From an uncultured Solirubrobacteraceae bacterium (GTDB lineage: Bacteria; Actinomycetota; Thermoleophilia; Solirubrobacterales; Solirubrobacteraceae): a DNA stretch of 52,109 nt. The notes under the pieces are model-generated. The model worked only from the letters and a program-made list of their open reading frames with translations, did not search any database and was not told where the DNA came from. The position numbers and the translations under genes were made by a program. Location of the stretch: positions 46,964 through 99,072 of the forward strand of contig CAZPQW010000012.1 in NCBI GenBank assembly GCA_964588985.1, read 5' to 3'. Each line of letters opens with the position of its first letter. The first letter of the stretch is position 1. Positions 36,225-45,337 of this stretch are shown piece after piece.

Positions 36225-37394
36225 CTAGCCCTGAGTGCACCCCTGCGTGCTCACAGTCACCCCAGCATGGGCGTGAGCCTGTGCTTCGTGCAGCACAGCC
36301 TCCACCGTTTCGTCGGCCACCCCATAGCCGCCACGCGGATGGCCGCCGATGGTGCTTGCGAACACGGTCGTCAGGACACGTCCCCGAACGTCCACCAGCG
36401 GGCCGCCCGAGTTGCCCGGTCTGACGAGCCCACGCAGAGGGGTGAGCAGGCGCGACACCGGGCCCTGGCCGTAGGCGTCCTGGGTTACGACGGTCTGCGT
36501 GCGCCCGATCCGTCCGGGCTGCACGTCGAACGGACCGTTCTCCGGATAGCCGAGGATCGCCCCCGCGGCGCCCTCCGCTGGGTCGCTCGCGAGGCTCAGC
36601 GACGGGAGGCGGAGCCCGGAGACGTGCAGCACCGCGACGTCGTCGGTCGGGTCGAACGCGATCGGCCGCGCCGAGAGGCCGGGCGAGATCCCGTGGATCT
36701 CGACGGTCGTGTCCTGCTCGCCCGCCACCACGTGCGCGTTCGTGACGACCGTTTCCGGCGCCGCCACCCACCCGGAGCCCTCGATCGCAAGACCGCACGC
36801 GGTCCCGTCGACCCGCACCACGCCGCGCGAGGCCACCCGCACCCCGGGAGCGTGCGCGACGGCCGGCTCAGGGGCCGCGACGTCCGGTGAGGGACCCGTG
36901 ATCGACGGCAGCGGGTCCAACCGCGCGAGCGCGTTCAGGATCGGGCCAGACGGCGGCAGCACCGCGTTGAGGTTGCGCAGGATCGCCGAGCGCTGGATGT
37001 CCGCGCGCAGCACGCCCTCGCCCGGAGTCTGGCCCGCGACCGCAGCGACGATCCACACGATCCCCAGCGCCAGCACGCCGCCCAGCAGCGCGCCGAGCAG
37101 GCCGTCGAGCAACCCGAGGCCCGGGATCATCAGCGTGCGCCGCAGTTTGAAGCCGAGACCCTCGAGCCCGCTCGCGAGAATCGCGCCGCCGAGCAGCGCG
37201 CCGAGCAGACCGAAAGCGGGGGCGTACGGCGAGGAGGAACCCTTCGGAAGTAGAACTGGACCGAGGCGGGTTCCGAGGAACGCGCCGACGGCGAAACCGC
37301 CGAACGAGAGCACGCCCACGATGAACCCCTGTCGAAAACCGAAAAGGGCGAGGATGGCCGCGAAGGCCAGGATGATCCAATCCAGCTGCGTCAC
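36225..37394 (-). CDS. MarP-family membrane serine protease (CvpA-like TM domain plus trypsin domain)
   Basis: MTQLDWIIL...GFRQG start with four TM helices; TNAHVV, DVAVL, GNSGGP catalytic triad. Confidence 0.9.
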   Translation of the reverse strand: MTQLDWIILAFAAILALFGFRQGFIVGVLSFGGFAVGAFLGTRLGPVLLPKGSSSPYAPAFGLLGALLGGAILASGLEGLGFKLRRTLMIPGLGLLDGLLGALLGGVLALGIVWIVAAVAGQTPGEGVLRADIQRSAILRNLNAVLPPSGPILNALARLDPLPSITGPSPDVAAPEPAVAHAPGVRVASRGVVRVDGTACGLAIEGSGWVAAPETVVTNAHVVAGEQDTTVEIHGISPGLSARPIAFDPTDDVAVLHVSGLRLPSLSLASDPAEGAAGAILGYPENGPFDVQPGRIGRTQTVVTQDAYGQGPVSRLLTPLRGLVRPGNSGGPLVDVRGRVLTTVFASTIGGHPRGGYGVADETVEAVLHEAQAHAHAGVTVSTQGCTQG

Positions 37395-37415
37395 CTGCCA
37401 TGTTCTACAAGCTCC

Positions 37416-39047
37416 GTGACTGAAAGCCACCACCAGCGACAGCGACGTGCGCGCCCCGTGATCGCGTTCGCGCTCGTAGCGTTCGCCGCGGGAGCGATCG
37501 TGGGCGCCAACCACAAGGGCGGCTCGGCCACCGATCGACTCGCCGAAGGGTTCGTGCGGGCGTGGACGCACGAGGACTACGTGACGATGTACTCGGACCT
37601 CGACGCCTCCTCCCAGCAGGCCGTCACGGTCGGCGAATTCGCCGACGCCTACCGCCAGGCCCTCACCACCGCGACCGCCACCCGGACGGCGATCGTCGGC
37701 AGGACCCACACCACCTCGAGCACGACAGTCGTGGTGCCCGTGCGCGTGCACACCCGCCTGTTCGGGACGCTGTCGCTGAAGTACACGCTCGCGATCGACA
37801 GGACCGGCGAATCCGGCCCGCGCATCGCGTGGTCGCACGCGCTCGCGTTCCCCGGCCTGCGCCCGGGCGAGACCCTCGCGAGCCGCACCACGATGCCGCG
37901 CAGGGCGACGCTGCTCGCACGTGACGGCAGCGTGCTGGCGGAAAGCCCGCCCGGCCTCGAACGGGCGCTCGACGAACGCGTGCGCGGCAGACAGGGCGGT
38001 GCGCTGCTCGAGGGTGCGCGCCTGCTCGCCTACGTGCCGCCGCACGCTGAATCAGCCGTGCGCACGAGCATATCTCCGGAAGTTCAGCGTGCCGCAGTCA
38101 CGGCGCTCGGCGGACAGTACGGCGGGATCATCGCGATGGACCCCAGGACCGGAGAGATCCTCGCGGTGGCGGGCATCGGCCTGGACGGCCTGCAGCCCCC
38201 CGGCTCCACGTTCAAGATGGTCACCCTCACGGGCGTGCTGCAGGCGGGCATCGCCAACCGCCACACCGTCTTCCCCTACGCCACCTACGCCACGCTCGAC
38301 GGCGTGAAGCTGAGCAACGCCAACGGCGAGAGCTGCGGCGGCTCGCTCGAACTCGCCTTCGCGGTGTCGTGCAACTCGGTGTTCAGCCCGCTCGGCGTGA
38401 AGCTCGGCGCGACACGGCTCGTGGAGACCGCGGAAAAGCTCGGCTTCAACCACAGCTCCGGCATCGAAGGCGCCCCCGAGAGCACGCTGCCCGCAGCGAG
38501 CTCCATCCAGGGGGAACTCGACGTCGGCTCGACCGCCATCGGCCAGGGGCAGGTCCTCGCGACGCCTCTGCAGATGGCCGACATCGCCGCGACCGTGGCG
38601 GACGGCGGCCGGCGGCCGACCCCGATGTTCGTCCCCGGATCCCCTCGTTACGCGAGCGAACGCGCGATGAGCGCCTCGGTGGCGCGCACGGTGCGACGGC
38701 TGATGATCGGCGTGGTGCGCTTCGGCACCGGCACCTCAGCGGCGATCTCCGGCGTGACCGTCGCCGGCAAGACGGGCACGGCCGAACTGAAGAGCGCCTG
38801 CCCCACCCCCGCCGCGGCCACCGAAACAAGCGAAACCACAGAACCGAGCGCAACCGAAGCGAACAAGGAATGCCAGGCGGGCGAACACGAAGCGAGCAAC
38901 ACCGACGCGTGGTTCGCCGCGTTCGCCCCGGCCCTTCACCCGCGGATAGCGGTGTGCGTGATGCTCGTCAAAGACGGAGCCGGCGGCGACACCGCCGCGC
39001 CGGTCGCCAAGCAGGTGCTCGAGGCCGCCCTACAGGCCAGCCATTGA
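37416..39047 (+). CDS. Penicillin-binding transpeptidase with an NTF2-like N-terminal domain
   Basis: SxxK (GSTFK), SxN (SCN) and KTG motifs; N-terminal TM anchor. Confidence 0.9.
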   Translation: MTESHHQRQRRARPVIAFALVAFAAGAIVGANHKGGSATDRLAEGFVRAWTHEDYVTMYSDLDASSQQAVTVGEFADAYRQALTTATATRTAIVGRTHTTSSTTVVVPVRVHTRLFGTLSLKYTLAIDRTGESGPRIAWSHALAFPGLRPGETLASRTTMPRRATLLARDGSVLAESPPGLERALDERVRGRQGGALLEGARLLAYVPPHAESAVRTSISPEVQRAAVTALGGQYGGIIAMDPRTGEILAVAGIGLDGLQPPGSTFKMVTLTGVLQAGIANRHTVFPYATYATLDGVKLSNANGESCGGSLELAFAVSCNSVFSPLGVKLGATRLVETAEKLGFNHSSGIEGAPESTLPAASSIQGELDVGSTAIGQGQVLATPLQMADIAATVADGGRRPTPMFVPGSPRYASERAMSASVARTVRRLMIGVVRFGTGTSAAISGVTVAGKTGTAELKSACPTPAAATETSETTEPSATEANKECQAGEHEASNTDAWFAAFAPALHPRIAVCVMLVKDGAGGDTAAPVAKQVLEAALQASH

Positions 39048-39052
39048 GCTGG

Positions 39053-39640
39053 CTAAACGTCTAGCTCAGCGGAAGCTGTTTCGGACGGATCCGTGGGGTC
39101 GACGATCTTCAGCTCGAGCGGACGGTTGTCGAGCGAGACGACGTGGATCTTGTAGAGCAGCAGCGCACCCTGCGTGCCGCCGTAGGAGGCGGTGGTGTCC
39201 GGGGTCGGCAGCTGGCCTTTGGCCGGCACTTCGCCCGCCCTGTAGGCGTAGGGGTTGATTTCGGCGGGGGGCAGCGGGGTGTAGGTGTTGCCCTGCGTGT
39301 CGGTGATCGTCAGTGCGGTGGCGGAGGGCAGCGGCTGGGAGCCGTTGTTGTAGACCTGCACGAACACCGCGAACCACTCCTGGCCGGGTTCCAGCTTGCG
39401 CTGTTCGGGGGTCAGCCCCTGCAGGTAGGCGGCGTCTTCGGAGTTGGTGGGGTTCAGCTCGCGTGAGAGCTGGACCTCGTAGATCAGCGGGCCCACGTCG
39501 AGGTACGGAGCGTTCGCTCCGGACTCGCCCGCGTAGGTGCCGGTGCTGATCCGCGTGTGCGAGTCGCCGCATGCGGACAGGGCGAGCACGGCCCCGAGGG
39601 CGAGCACGGCGAGCAGGAACTTGCACGAGCGGCTGGACAT
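39053..39640 (-). CDS. Hypothetical lipoprotein
   Basis: Signal peptide with lipobox LSAC. Confidence 0.8.
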   Translation of the reverse strand: MSSRSCKFLLAVLALGAVLALSACGDSHTRISTGTYAGESGANAPYLDVGPLIYEVQLSRELNPTNSEDAAYLQGLTPEQRKLEPGQEWFAVFVQVYNNGSQPLPSATALTITDTQGNTYTPLPPAEINPYAYRAGEVPAKGQLPTPDTTASYGGTQGALLLYKIHVVSLDNRPLELKIVDPTDPSETASAELDV

Positions 39641-39653
39641 GCGACGCGGCAGT

Positions 39654-40166
39654 CTATCCGCCGGCGACCGTGACGCGTTGCCCGCGGCGCTCGACGCGCC
39701 CGCCGCGGCTGGACTCCTCGAGGATCCCGCGCAGCCGGTGCATCGCTCGCTGGTTCTTACGACGCAGCCATTTGCGGGCTCCGAGGCCCTCCATCAGGCG
39801 ATCGGAGAGCGTCACAGGAGCGGTCTGCAGTGTGAAGCGCACGCGCGTCGCGCCGGCCTCAGCGTCGGCCAGCTCGTAAACGCCGAGCGTGCGAATGCGG
39901 TTGTTCTTGCCGGTCCGCCCGACCTCCACGATCCGGTGCGGACGCTCGACCTCCGTGAACGTGACGTCGCCCCAGCTGAAGCGGTTCGCGGGCGCCGTCA
40001 CGCGAAAGCGCGCCCCCGCTCCGCGGCCCACCGGGTCCATCCTCGTCAGGTGCCAGTCCACGAGGTAGTGGTCGGTGAACTCGGGGTGGTTGGCGATGTC
40101 TTGGAGGTAGTCGAACACCCGCTCGCGCGGGGCGGAGATCACGATCGAGACGGTCAAGGGGTCCAC
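39654..40166 (-). CDS. SRPBCC (polyketide cyclase/START-like) family protein
   Basis: VSIVISAPRERVFDYLQDIANHPEF...GAGARFRV...GATRVRFT. Confidence 0.85.
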   Translation of the reverse strand: MDPLTVSIVISAPRERVFDYLQDIANHPEFTDHYLVDWHLTRMDPVGRGAGARFRVTAPANRFSWGDVTFTEVERPHRIVEVGRTGKNNRIRTLGVYELADAEAGATRVRFTLQTAPVTLSDRLMEGLGARKWLRRKNQRAMHRLRGILEESSRGGRVERRGQRVTVAGG

Positions 40167-40227
40167 GGCGGCGAAGTCTATTAGCCGGCGTCCCGGGCCG
40201 GATCCGTGGCGAGGGCTGCAGGCGCGT

Positions 40228-40494
40228 CTAGGCCGCGCGAGCGGTGAGACGCACGGTGTGGCCGTGCTCGAAGTGCCGCACTATCTCGCTCGCGACCGGC
40301 AGCTCGCTGCGCAGCGGACGGCAGAGCTCGCAGACCATCCGCTGCTGGCGGCCGCTGTAGACGTGGACGTGCTCGCCCACCAGCGGCGTGCGCCCGCAGT
40401 CGGCGCAGCAGCTCCGATCGGCCTCGAGCATGCCCACGCCACGGCGCAGCAGGACGCGCTCGAGCTGCTCGACGTGGTTGGCGACGAAGGACAT
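40228..40494 (-). CDS. Small Zn-ribbon-like hypothetical protein
   Basis: CADCGRTPL...VCELC (two CxxC). Start uncertain. Confidence 0.65.
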   Translation of the reverse strand: MSFVANHVEQLERVLLRRGVGMLEADRSCCADCGRTPLVGEHVHVYSGRQQRMVCELCRPLRSELPVASEIVRHFEHGHTVRLTARAA

Positions 40495-40726
40495 GGTCGT
40501 TCTGGATTTCGTCGTCGCGACCGACGCTCCTGCCGCTGACGCGGGGTTTGCACGGACATAGACGCGGGTATTCAGAGGTCACCGGGCCACAGGGCACCCG
40601 CGCCAGCACTTGTGTTAGATTTCGCCAGTCGGAACTCTGGTTGTCCTATTGACAACCTTGTTATGATCGTCACGAGTTCCGGCGAGGGAGCGCCCCCTTA
40701 GGCAGTGTCTAGATAGGGAGGAGCAG

Positions 40727-41332
40727 ATGATGGACTCAGTTACCGCGGGAACCTTCGTCGGCGCCGGGTCGTTTCGCTGTGAGCGCTGCGACTACACGCT
40801 GACACTCGAAGGCTCCGACCTGCTCAGCGAGTGCCCCGGCTGCGGGAACAGGACCTTCGTTCGCGCGTCGATGTTCAGCACCGAGCGAATCGGCACAGAT
40901 GGCGCCGGCGCGAGGCTGCTGCGTCCGGCTCCGGCCGACCACGACGAGCAGTTGGCGAAGGCCAGGGACGAGATCGAGCAGGCCGGCGAGTACCTCTGCT
41001 ACGAAGAGGGCGCCGAGCTCCACACGGTCGCGCTCACGCGCGAGTGGACCCGCATCGGGCGCAGCCTGGCGGCGGACCTGCGCTTCGATGACCCCACGGT
41101 CTCGCGTCGCCACGCGCTGATCGTGCGCCAGCCAGACGGCGTGCGCCTGCTCGACGACCGCAGCCTCAACGGCGTGTTCGTCAACGGCGCGCGCGTCGAC
41201 GGCCAGACGCTGAACGACGGCGACGAGATCATCGTGGGGCGCTACAGGCTGTCGTTCGTGAGCATGCACGACGATGCCGATTCCGCCTCGCCGCTGACCC
41301 GCACGCCCACGCCGGCGCACAGCTTCGGCTGA
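40727..41332 (+). CDS. FHA-domain protein with an N-terminal Zn ribbon
   Basis: CERC...CPGC; FHA motifs IGR, SRRHA, SLNGVFVNG; GGAGG SD. Confidence 0.92.
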   Translation: MMDSVTAGTFVGAGSFRCERCDYTLTLEGSDLLSECPGCGNRTFVRASMFSTERIGTDGAGARLLRPAPADHDEQLAKARDEIEQAGEYLCYEEGAELHTVALTREWTRIGRSLAADLRFDDPTVSRRHALIVRQPDGVRLLDDRSLNGVFVNGARVDGQTLNDGDEIIVGRYRLSFVSMHDDADSASPLTRTPTPAHSFG

Positions 41333-41406
41333 GCATCCAGCTGACTTCACCGAGCCTCCGGGTACGCGAAGGCGCCCCGGCGCGTGCAGCCGCGTAGTAT
41401 CGCGTC

Positions 41407-42183
41407 ATGGCTCACACGATCGCGGTGCTATCGCAGAAGGGCGGCACGGGCAAGACGACCGCCGTTCGCACGATCACCGACGTGCTGCGCCGCTGCGGAT
41501 TGCGCACCCTGGCGGTCGACCTCGACCCGCAGGGCAACCTGTCCGACTACTTCGACCTGCCCACCGACGCCGAGCCGACGATCGCGGACGTGCTCTCGGG
41601 ACGCGCGAAGGCGGGCGAGGCGATCCACGAGGACATCATCCCCGCCAACCTGAGCCTCGCCGAGGCCGAGCTGATGCTCGGCGGCAAGATGGGCCGCGAG
41701 CTGACGCTCAGGCGCGCGCTCGCGCCGCTCGCCGACGACTACGACGTGATCCTGATCGACTGCCCGCCCTCCCTGGGCCTGCTGACGATCAACGCGCTCG
41801 TCGCCGCCGACCGCGCGCTTGTGACAGCGGAGGCGCAGTATTTCGCGCTGCAGGGCGTCGAGCAGGCGATGGAGGTCGTCGAGCTGGCGCGCGAGAGCCT
41901 CAACCCGCCGCTCGAGCTGCTCGGCGTGGTGCTCAACCTCGCGGACATGCGCACCGTCCACTCGCGCGAGGCCCTCGTATCGCTGCAGGAGCGTTTCGGC
42001 GAGCAGGTCTTCGACACCGTCATCCGCTCCTCGATCGCCTACGCGGAGTCGGCGGAGCGGGCGAAGTCGATCCTCGACCACCGCGCGGACCTCGGCGCGG
42101 ACTACATCTCACTGAGCGGCGAACTGCTCGACCGCCTGCCGGACCTCGGCGACGCCCGCAAGCGCCTCGCCCAGATCGCCTGA
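41407..42183 (+). CDS. ParA/Soj-family ATPase (orphan)
   Basis: QKGGTGKTT, DLDPQGN, IDCPPSLG. No adjacent parB. Confidence 0.92.
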   Translation: MAHTIAVLSQKGGTGKTTAVRTITDVLRRCGLRTLAVDLDPQGNLSDYFDLPTDAEPTIADVLSGRAKAGEAIHEDIIPANLSLAEAELMLGGKMGRELTLRRALAPLADDYDVILIDCPPSLGLLTINALVAADRALVTAEAQYFALQGVEQAMEVVELARESLNPPLELLGVVLNLADMRTVHSREALVSLQERFGEQVFDTVIRSSIAYAESAERAKSILDHRADLGADYISLSGELLDRLPDLGDARKRLAQIA

Positions 42184-42190
42184 CGGCCCC

Positions 42191-43042
42191 TCAGAGTTCG
42201 TCGACGTAGGCGCCCTGCGGCTCGAACGACGTGCGCAGCACGCTCGCCCAGCCCTCCACCTCGCCCGCGAGCGCCTCCGCCACGGCACCCGTCTGCTCGT
42301 AGAAGCACCACACGAGCACGGTCGGCCCGGCGCCCGAGATCGTCGCCCCCAGCGCCCCCAGCTCGCGCGCCCTGCCGGCCAGCTCGAACGAGCGCGGGAA
42401 CAGATGCGCGCGACGGTCCTGATGGAGCCGGTCCTGCAGCCCGCGCCCGAGCACGTCCCAGTCGCCCCTCGCCAGGCCGAGTGTCAACAGCGCCGCGTGC
42501 GCGACGTTGAACACCGCCTCCTCCATCGGCACCTCCCGCGGCAGCGCCGCCCGCGCGGCGCGTGTGCGCACCGCCTCTCCGGGCACGACCGCGAGCGCCT
42601 CCAGGCCGGTCGGCGGATCAAAGCGCGTCGCAGCACCGTCCGCGCAGATCACGAAGCCGCCGAACAGAGACGCGGCGACGTTGTCGGGGTGCCCCTCCAG
42701 CTCGCTCGCGTGCGCGAACAGGTCGGCGTCGAGCTCGAACATGTGGTCGGCGGCCATCAGACCCGCGACGATCGCCGCGGCGCTCGAGCCGAGGCCGCCG
42801 GAGAGCGGTATCTCCGAACGGATCCTGAACTCGAAGCCGTCAGCCGGGTGCAGCCGCTCGAACGCGCGCACGCACAGGTTCTCGCGCCCCGTGGCAACCG
42901 GCAGGTCGGTCTTCACCGCGAACGATCCGGTCTCGATCACCTCCAGCTCCATCTCGAGCGAGAGCGCGGCCGCCATGCAGTCGAAGCCGGGGCCGAGGTT
43001 CGCCGAGGATGCCGGCGCCCGCACGACCCGCCTACGGATCAC
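42191..43042 (-). CDS. thrB: Homoserine kinase
   Basis: PASSANLGPGFD, GLGSSAA, EGHPDN, ISGAGPT. Confidence 0.96.
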   Translation of the reverse strand: MIRRRVVRAPASSANLGPGFDCMAAALSLEMELEVIETGSFAVKTDLPVATGRENLCVRAFERLHPADGFEFRIRSEIPLSGGLGSSAAAIVAGLMAADHMFELDADLFAHASELEGHPDNVAASLFGGFVICADGAATRFDPPTGLEALAVVPGEAVRTRAARAALPREVPMEEAVFNVAHAALLTLGLARGDWDVLGRGLQDRLHQDRRAHLFPRSFELAGRARELGALGATISGAGPTVLVWCFYEQTGAVAEALAGEVEGWASVLRTSFEPQGAYVDEL

Positions 43043-44114
43043 CCAGCACCGCTTCTTCGATCGGGCCCATCTCGACCGGGCAGGAGATCACCCTGCCTTC
43101 GTTGTTGGCGATCGCCGTGTCGGGGTCCTTCAGGCCTCGGCCGGTGAGCACGCACACGACCTGCTCGGCGCCGTCGGCGCCGTACTTCAACAGCCCCGCG
43201 ACCGACGCCGCCGACGCGGGCTCGCAGAACATGCCTTCCCTGTAGGCCAGGAGCTTGTAGGCGTTGAGGATCTCCCGGTCGCTCACGACGCGGATCGCTC
43301 CACGCGAGTCGGTCGCCGCGGCCATCGCGTCCTCCCAGCGCACCGGGTTGCCGATCCTGATCGCGCTGGCGACCGTTTCCGGGTGCTCGATCGGATGCCC
43401 CGCGACCAGCGGCGCCGCTCCCTCGGCCTGGAAGCCGAACATCCTCGGCGCGGCGCCCATCTCGCGAAAGCCGCGCCAGTAGGAGGTGATGTTGCCCGCG
43501 TTGCCGACCGGGATGTAGAGAGCTTCGACGCCGCCCTCGAGCGCCTCGTGGATCTCGAAGGCCGCCGTCTTCTGACCTTCGATGCGGAACTCGTTGACCG
43601 AGTTGACGAGCGCGATCGGATGCGACGCCGTCAGCTCGCGCACCATCGTGAGCGCCTGGTCGAAGTTCCCGTCGAGCGTGATCACGCGTGCGCCGTGGAC
43701 CAGCGTCTGGGCCATCTTGCCCTGCGCGATCTTTCCGTCCGGGACGATCACCGCGCAGGTGATGCCGGCACGCGCGGCGTACGCGGCCGCGCTCGCGGCG
43801 GTGTTGCCGGTCGATGCGCAGATCACCGCCTTGGCGCCTTCGCGCACGGCCGCCGAGACGGCGCACGTCATGCCCCTGTCCTTGAACGAGCCGGTCGGGT
43901 TGGCGCCCTCCAGCTTCAGCCGCACGGTCGCGCCGACCATCTGCGAGAGCACCGGCGCGCGCAGGAGAGGAGTCGATCCCTCCTGCAGGCTCACGAGTTT
44001 GTCGCCCACCTCGAAAGGCAGTCGGTCGAGATAGCGCTCGATCAGGGGCACGTGGGTGCCCGAGTACGCCGCGCCCTCGACCAACGGCAGCGGCACCGGC
44101 TCGTAATCCCTCAT
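43032..44114 (-). CDS. thrC: Threonine synthase
   Basis: NPTGSFKDRG, CASTGNT, PVGNAGN, EPASAAS, GLKDP. Confidence 0.96.
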   Translation of the reverse strand: MRDYEPVPLPLVEGAAYSGTHVPLIERYLDRLPFEVGDKLVSLQEGSTPLLRAPVLSQMVGATVRLKLEGANPTGSFKDRGMTCAVSAAVREGAKAVICASTGNTAASAAAYAARAGITCAVIVPDGKIAQGKMAQTLVHGARVITLDGNFDQALTMVRELTASHPIALVNSVNEFRIEGQKTAAFEIHEALEGGVEALYIPVGNAGNITSYWRGFREMGAAPRMFGFQAEGAAPLVAGHPIEHPETVASAIRIGNPVRWEDAMAAATDSRGAIRVVSDREILNAYKLLAYREGMFCEPASAASVAGLLKYGADGAEQVVCVLTGRGLKDPDTAIANNEGRVISCPVEMGPIEEAVLGDP

Positions 44115-45337
44115 ACGAACTCCTCTTCGATCACGCGGATGGTCCGCGGGGTGGAACGCACGAACTCGAACTCGCCGACCCGCTCGACGGCGACGCGCAG
44201 GCTCGACTCGAGCACCGGATGAGTGACCATCACCAGGCGCGCGTCTTCGCCGAGGCCGCGCTGCAGGATCGACTTGATCGACACGCCCTGCTCGCCCAGC
44301 ACCGCGGTCACGGCAGCGAGCACGCTGGGGCGGTCGGCGACGTCCATGTGCAGGTAGAACGCGCTCTCCACGTCCTCGATCAGGCGCAGCTCCAGCGGCG
44401 GCGCGGGCGGTCGCGCGCCGCCGGTCATCACGCTCACCACGTCGCCCAGCACCGCGCTCGCGGTCTGCCGGCCACCGGCCCCGGGCCCGGACATGGTGAT
44501 CTCTGTGATCGTCTCGGATTCGACGGTCACCGCGTTGAACGGCCCGGAGACCGACGAGAGCGGGTGTCCGGCGTAGAGGAACGCGGGATGGACCCGCACG
44601 GAGATGCCGCCCTCGCGTCGTTCGGCGGTGCCGATCAGCTTCAGGCCGAGGCCGAACTCGCGGGCGTATTCGAGGTCGTCGCCGTGCAGGTGCTCGATGC
44701 CCTCGTAGCGCACGTCCTCCAAGTGGACGGGTGCCCCGAACGCGAGGCGCGCGAGGAGCGCCATCTTCGCCGCCGCGTCGCGGCCGCTCACGTCGTCGCT
44801 CGGGTCCGCCTCGGCGTAGCCCTTGCGCTGCGCCTCCGCGAGCGCCTCGGGGTAGGTGCTGCCGCGCGCCATCTCGCTGAGGATGAAGTTGGTGGTGCCG
44901 TTGACGATCCCGTGGATGCGTTCGATCGGGGTCGCCGCGAGCGACTCCTCGAGCAGGCGCACCACAGGCACCGCTCCGGCGACGGCCGCCTCGAAGCGCA
45001 GGTGTACGCCGTGCTCGCGCGCGACCACGAACAGCTCCTCGCCGTGCTGGGAGAGCAGCTGCTTGTTCGCGCTCACCACGTCCTTGCCCGCTCGCATCGC
45101 CGCCAGCAGGTACTCGCGCGCCGGTTCGAGGCCGCCCATCAGCTCGACCACCAGATCGGAGTCCGCGAGCACCTCGTCGAACACGCCCCGGTTGCGCGTC
45201 AGCACGCCGGTGATCTTCGGCGCGCGGCCGTTGAAGCGCTCGATCTCCGCGGCGCGTTCGTCGAGCAGCGTCGCGAACGCGCCGCCGACGGTGCCGTGGC
45301 CGAGCAGGCCGATGCGAAGCGGCGGGCTAGCGGACAT
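44111..45337 (-). CDS. hom: Homoserine dehydrogenase with C-terminal ACT domain
   Basis: GHGTVG, SANK, FEAAVAG, NGTTNFIL, GYAEADP, GPGAG. Confidence 0.96.
   Translation of the reverse strand: MSASPPLRIGLLGHGTVGGAFATLLDERAAEIERFNGRAPKITGVLTRNRGVFDEVLADSDLVVELMGGLEPAREYLLAAMRAGKDVVSANKQLLSQHGEELFVVAREHGVHLRFEAAVAGAVPVVRLLEESLAATPIERIHGIVNGTTNFILSEMARGSTYPEALAEAQRKGYAEADPSDDVSGRDAAAKMALLARLAFGAPVHLEDVRYEGIEHLHGDDLEYAREFGLGLKLIGTAERREGGISVRVHPAFLYAGHPLSSVSGPFNAVTVESETITEITMSGPGAGGRQTASAVLGDVVSVMTGGARPPAPPLELRLIEDVESAFYLHMDVADRPSVLAAVTAVLGEQGVSIKSILQRGLGEDARLVMVTHPVLESSLRVAVERVGEFEFVRSTPRTIRVIEEEFV

Noticed and set aside
16396-38045. N-terminally extended ORF-track versions of gltD, gltB, addA, topB, yrbEB and marP
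   Set aside because: The extensions overlap upstream genes or leaders; family N-termini and promoter/SD signals support the shorter starts given.
40649-40667. TTGACA...TATGAT as a sigma-70 promoter
   Set aside because: The spacing is only 7 nt; TTGACA is better explained as part of the palindrome.
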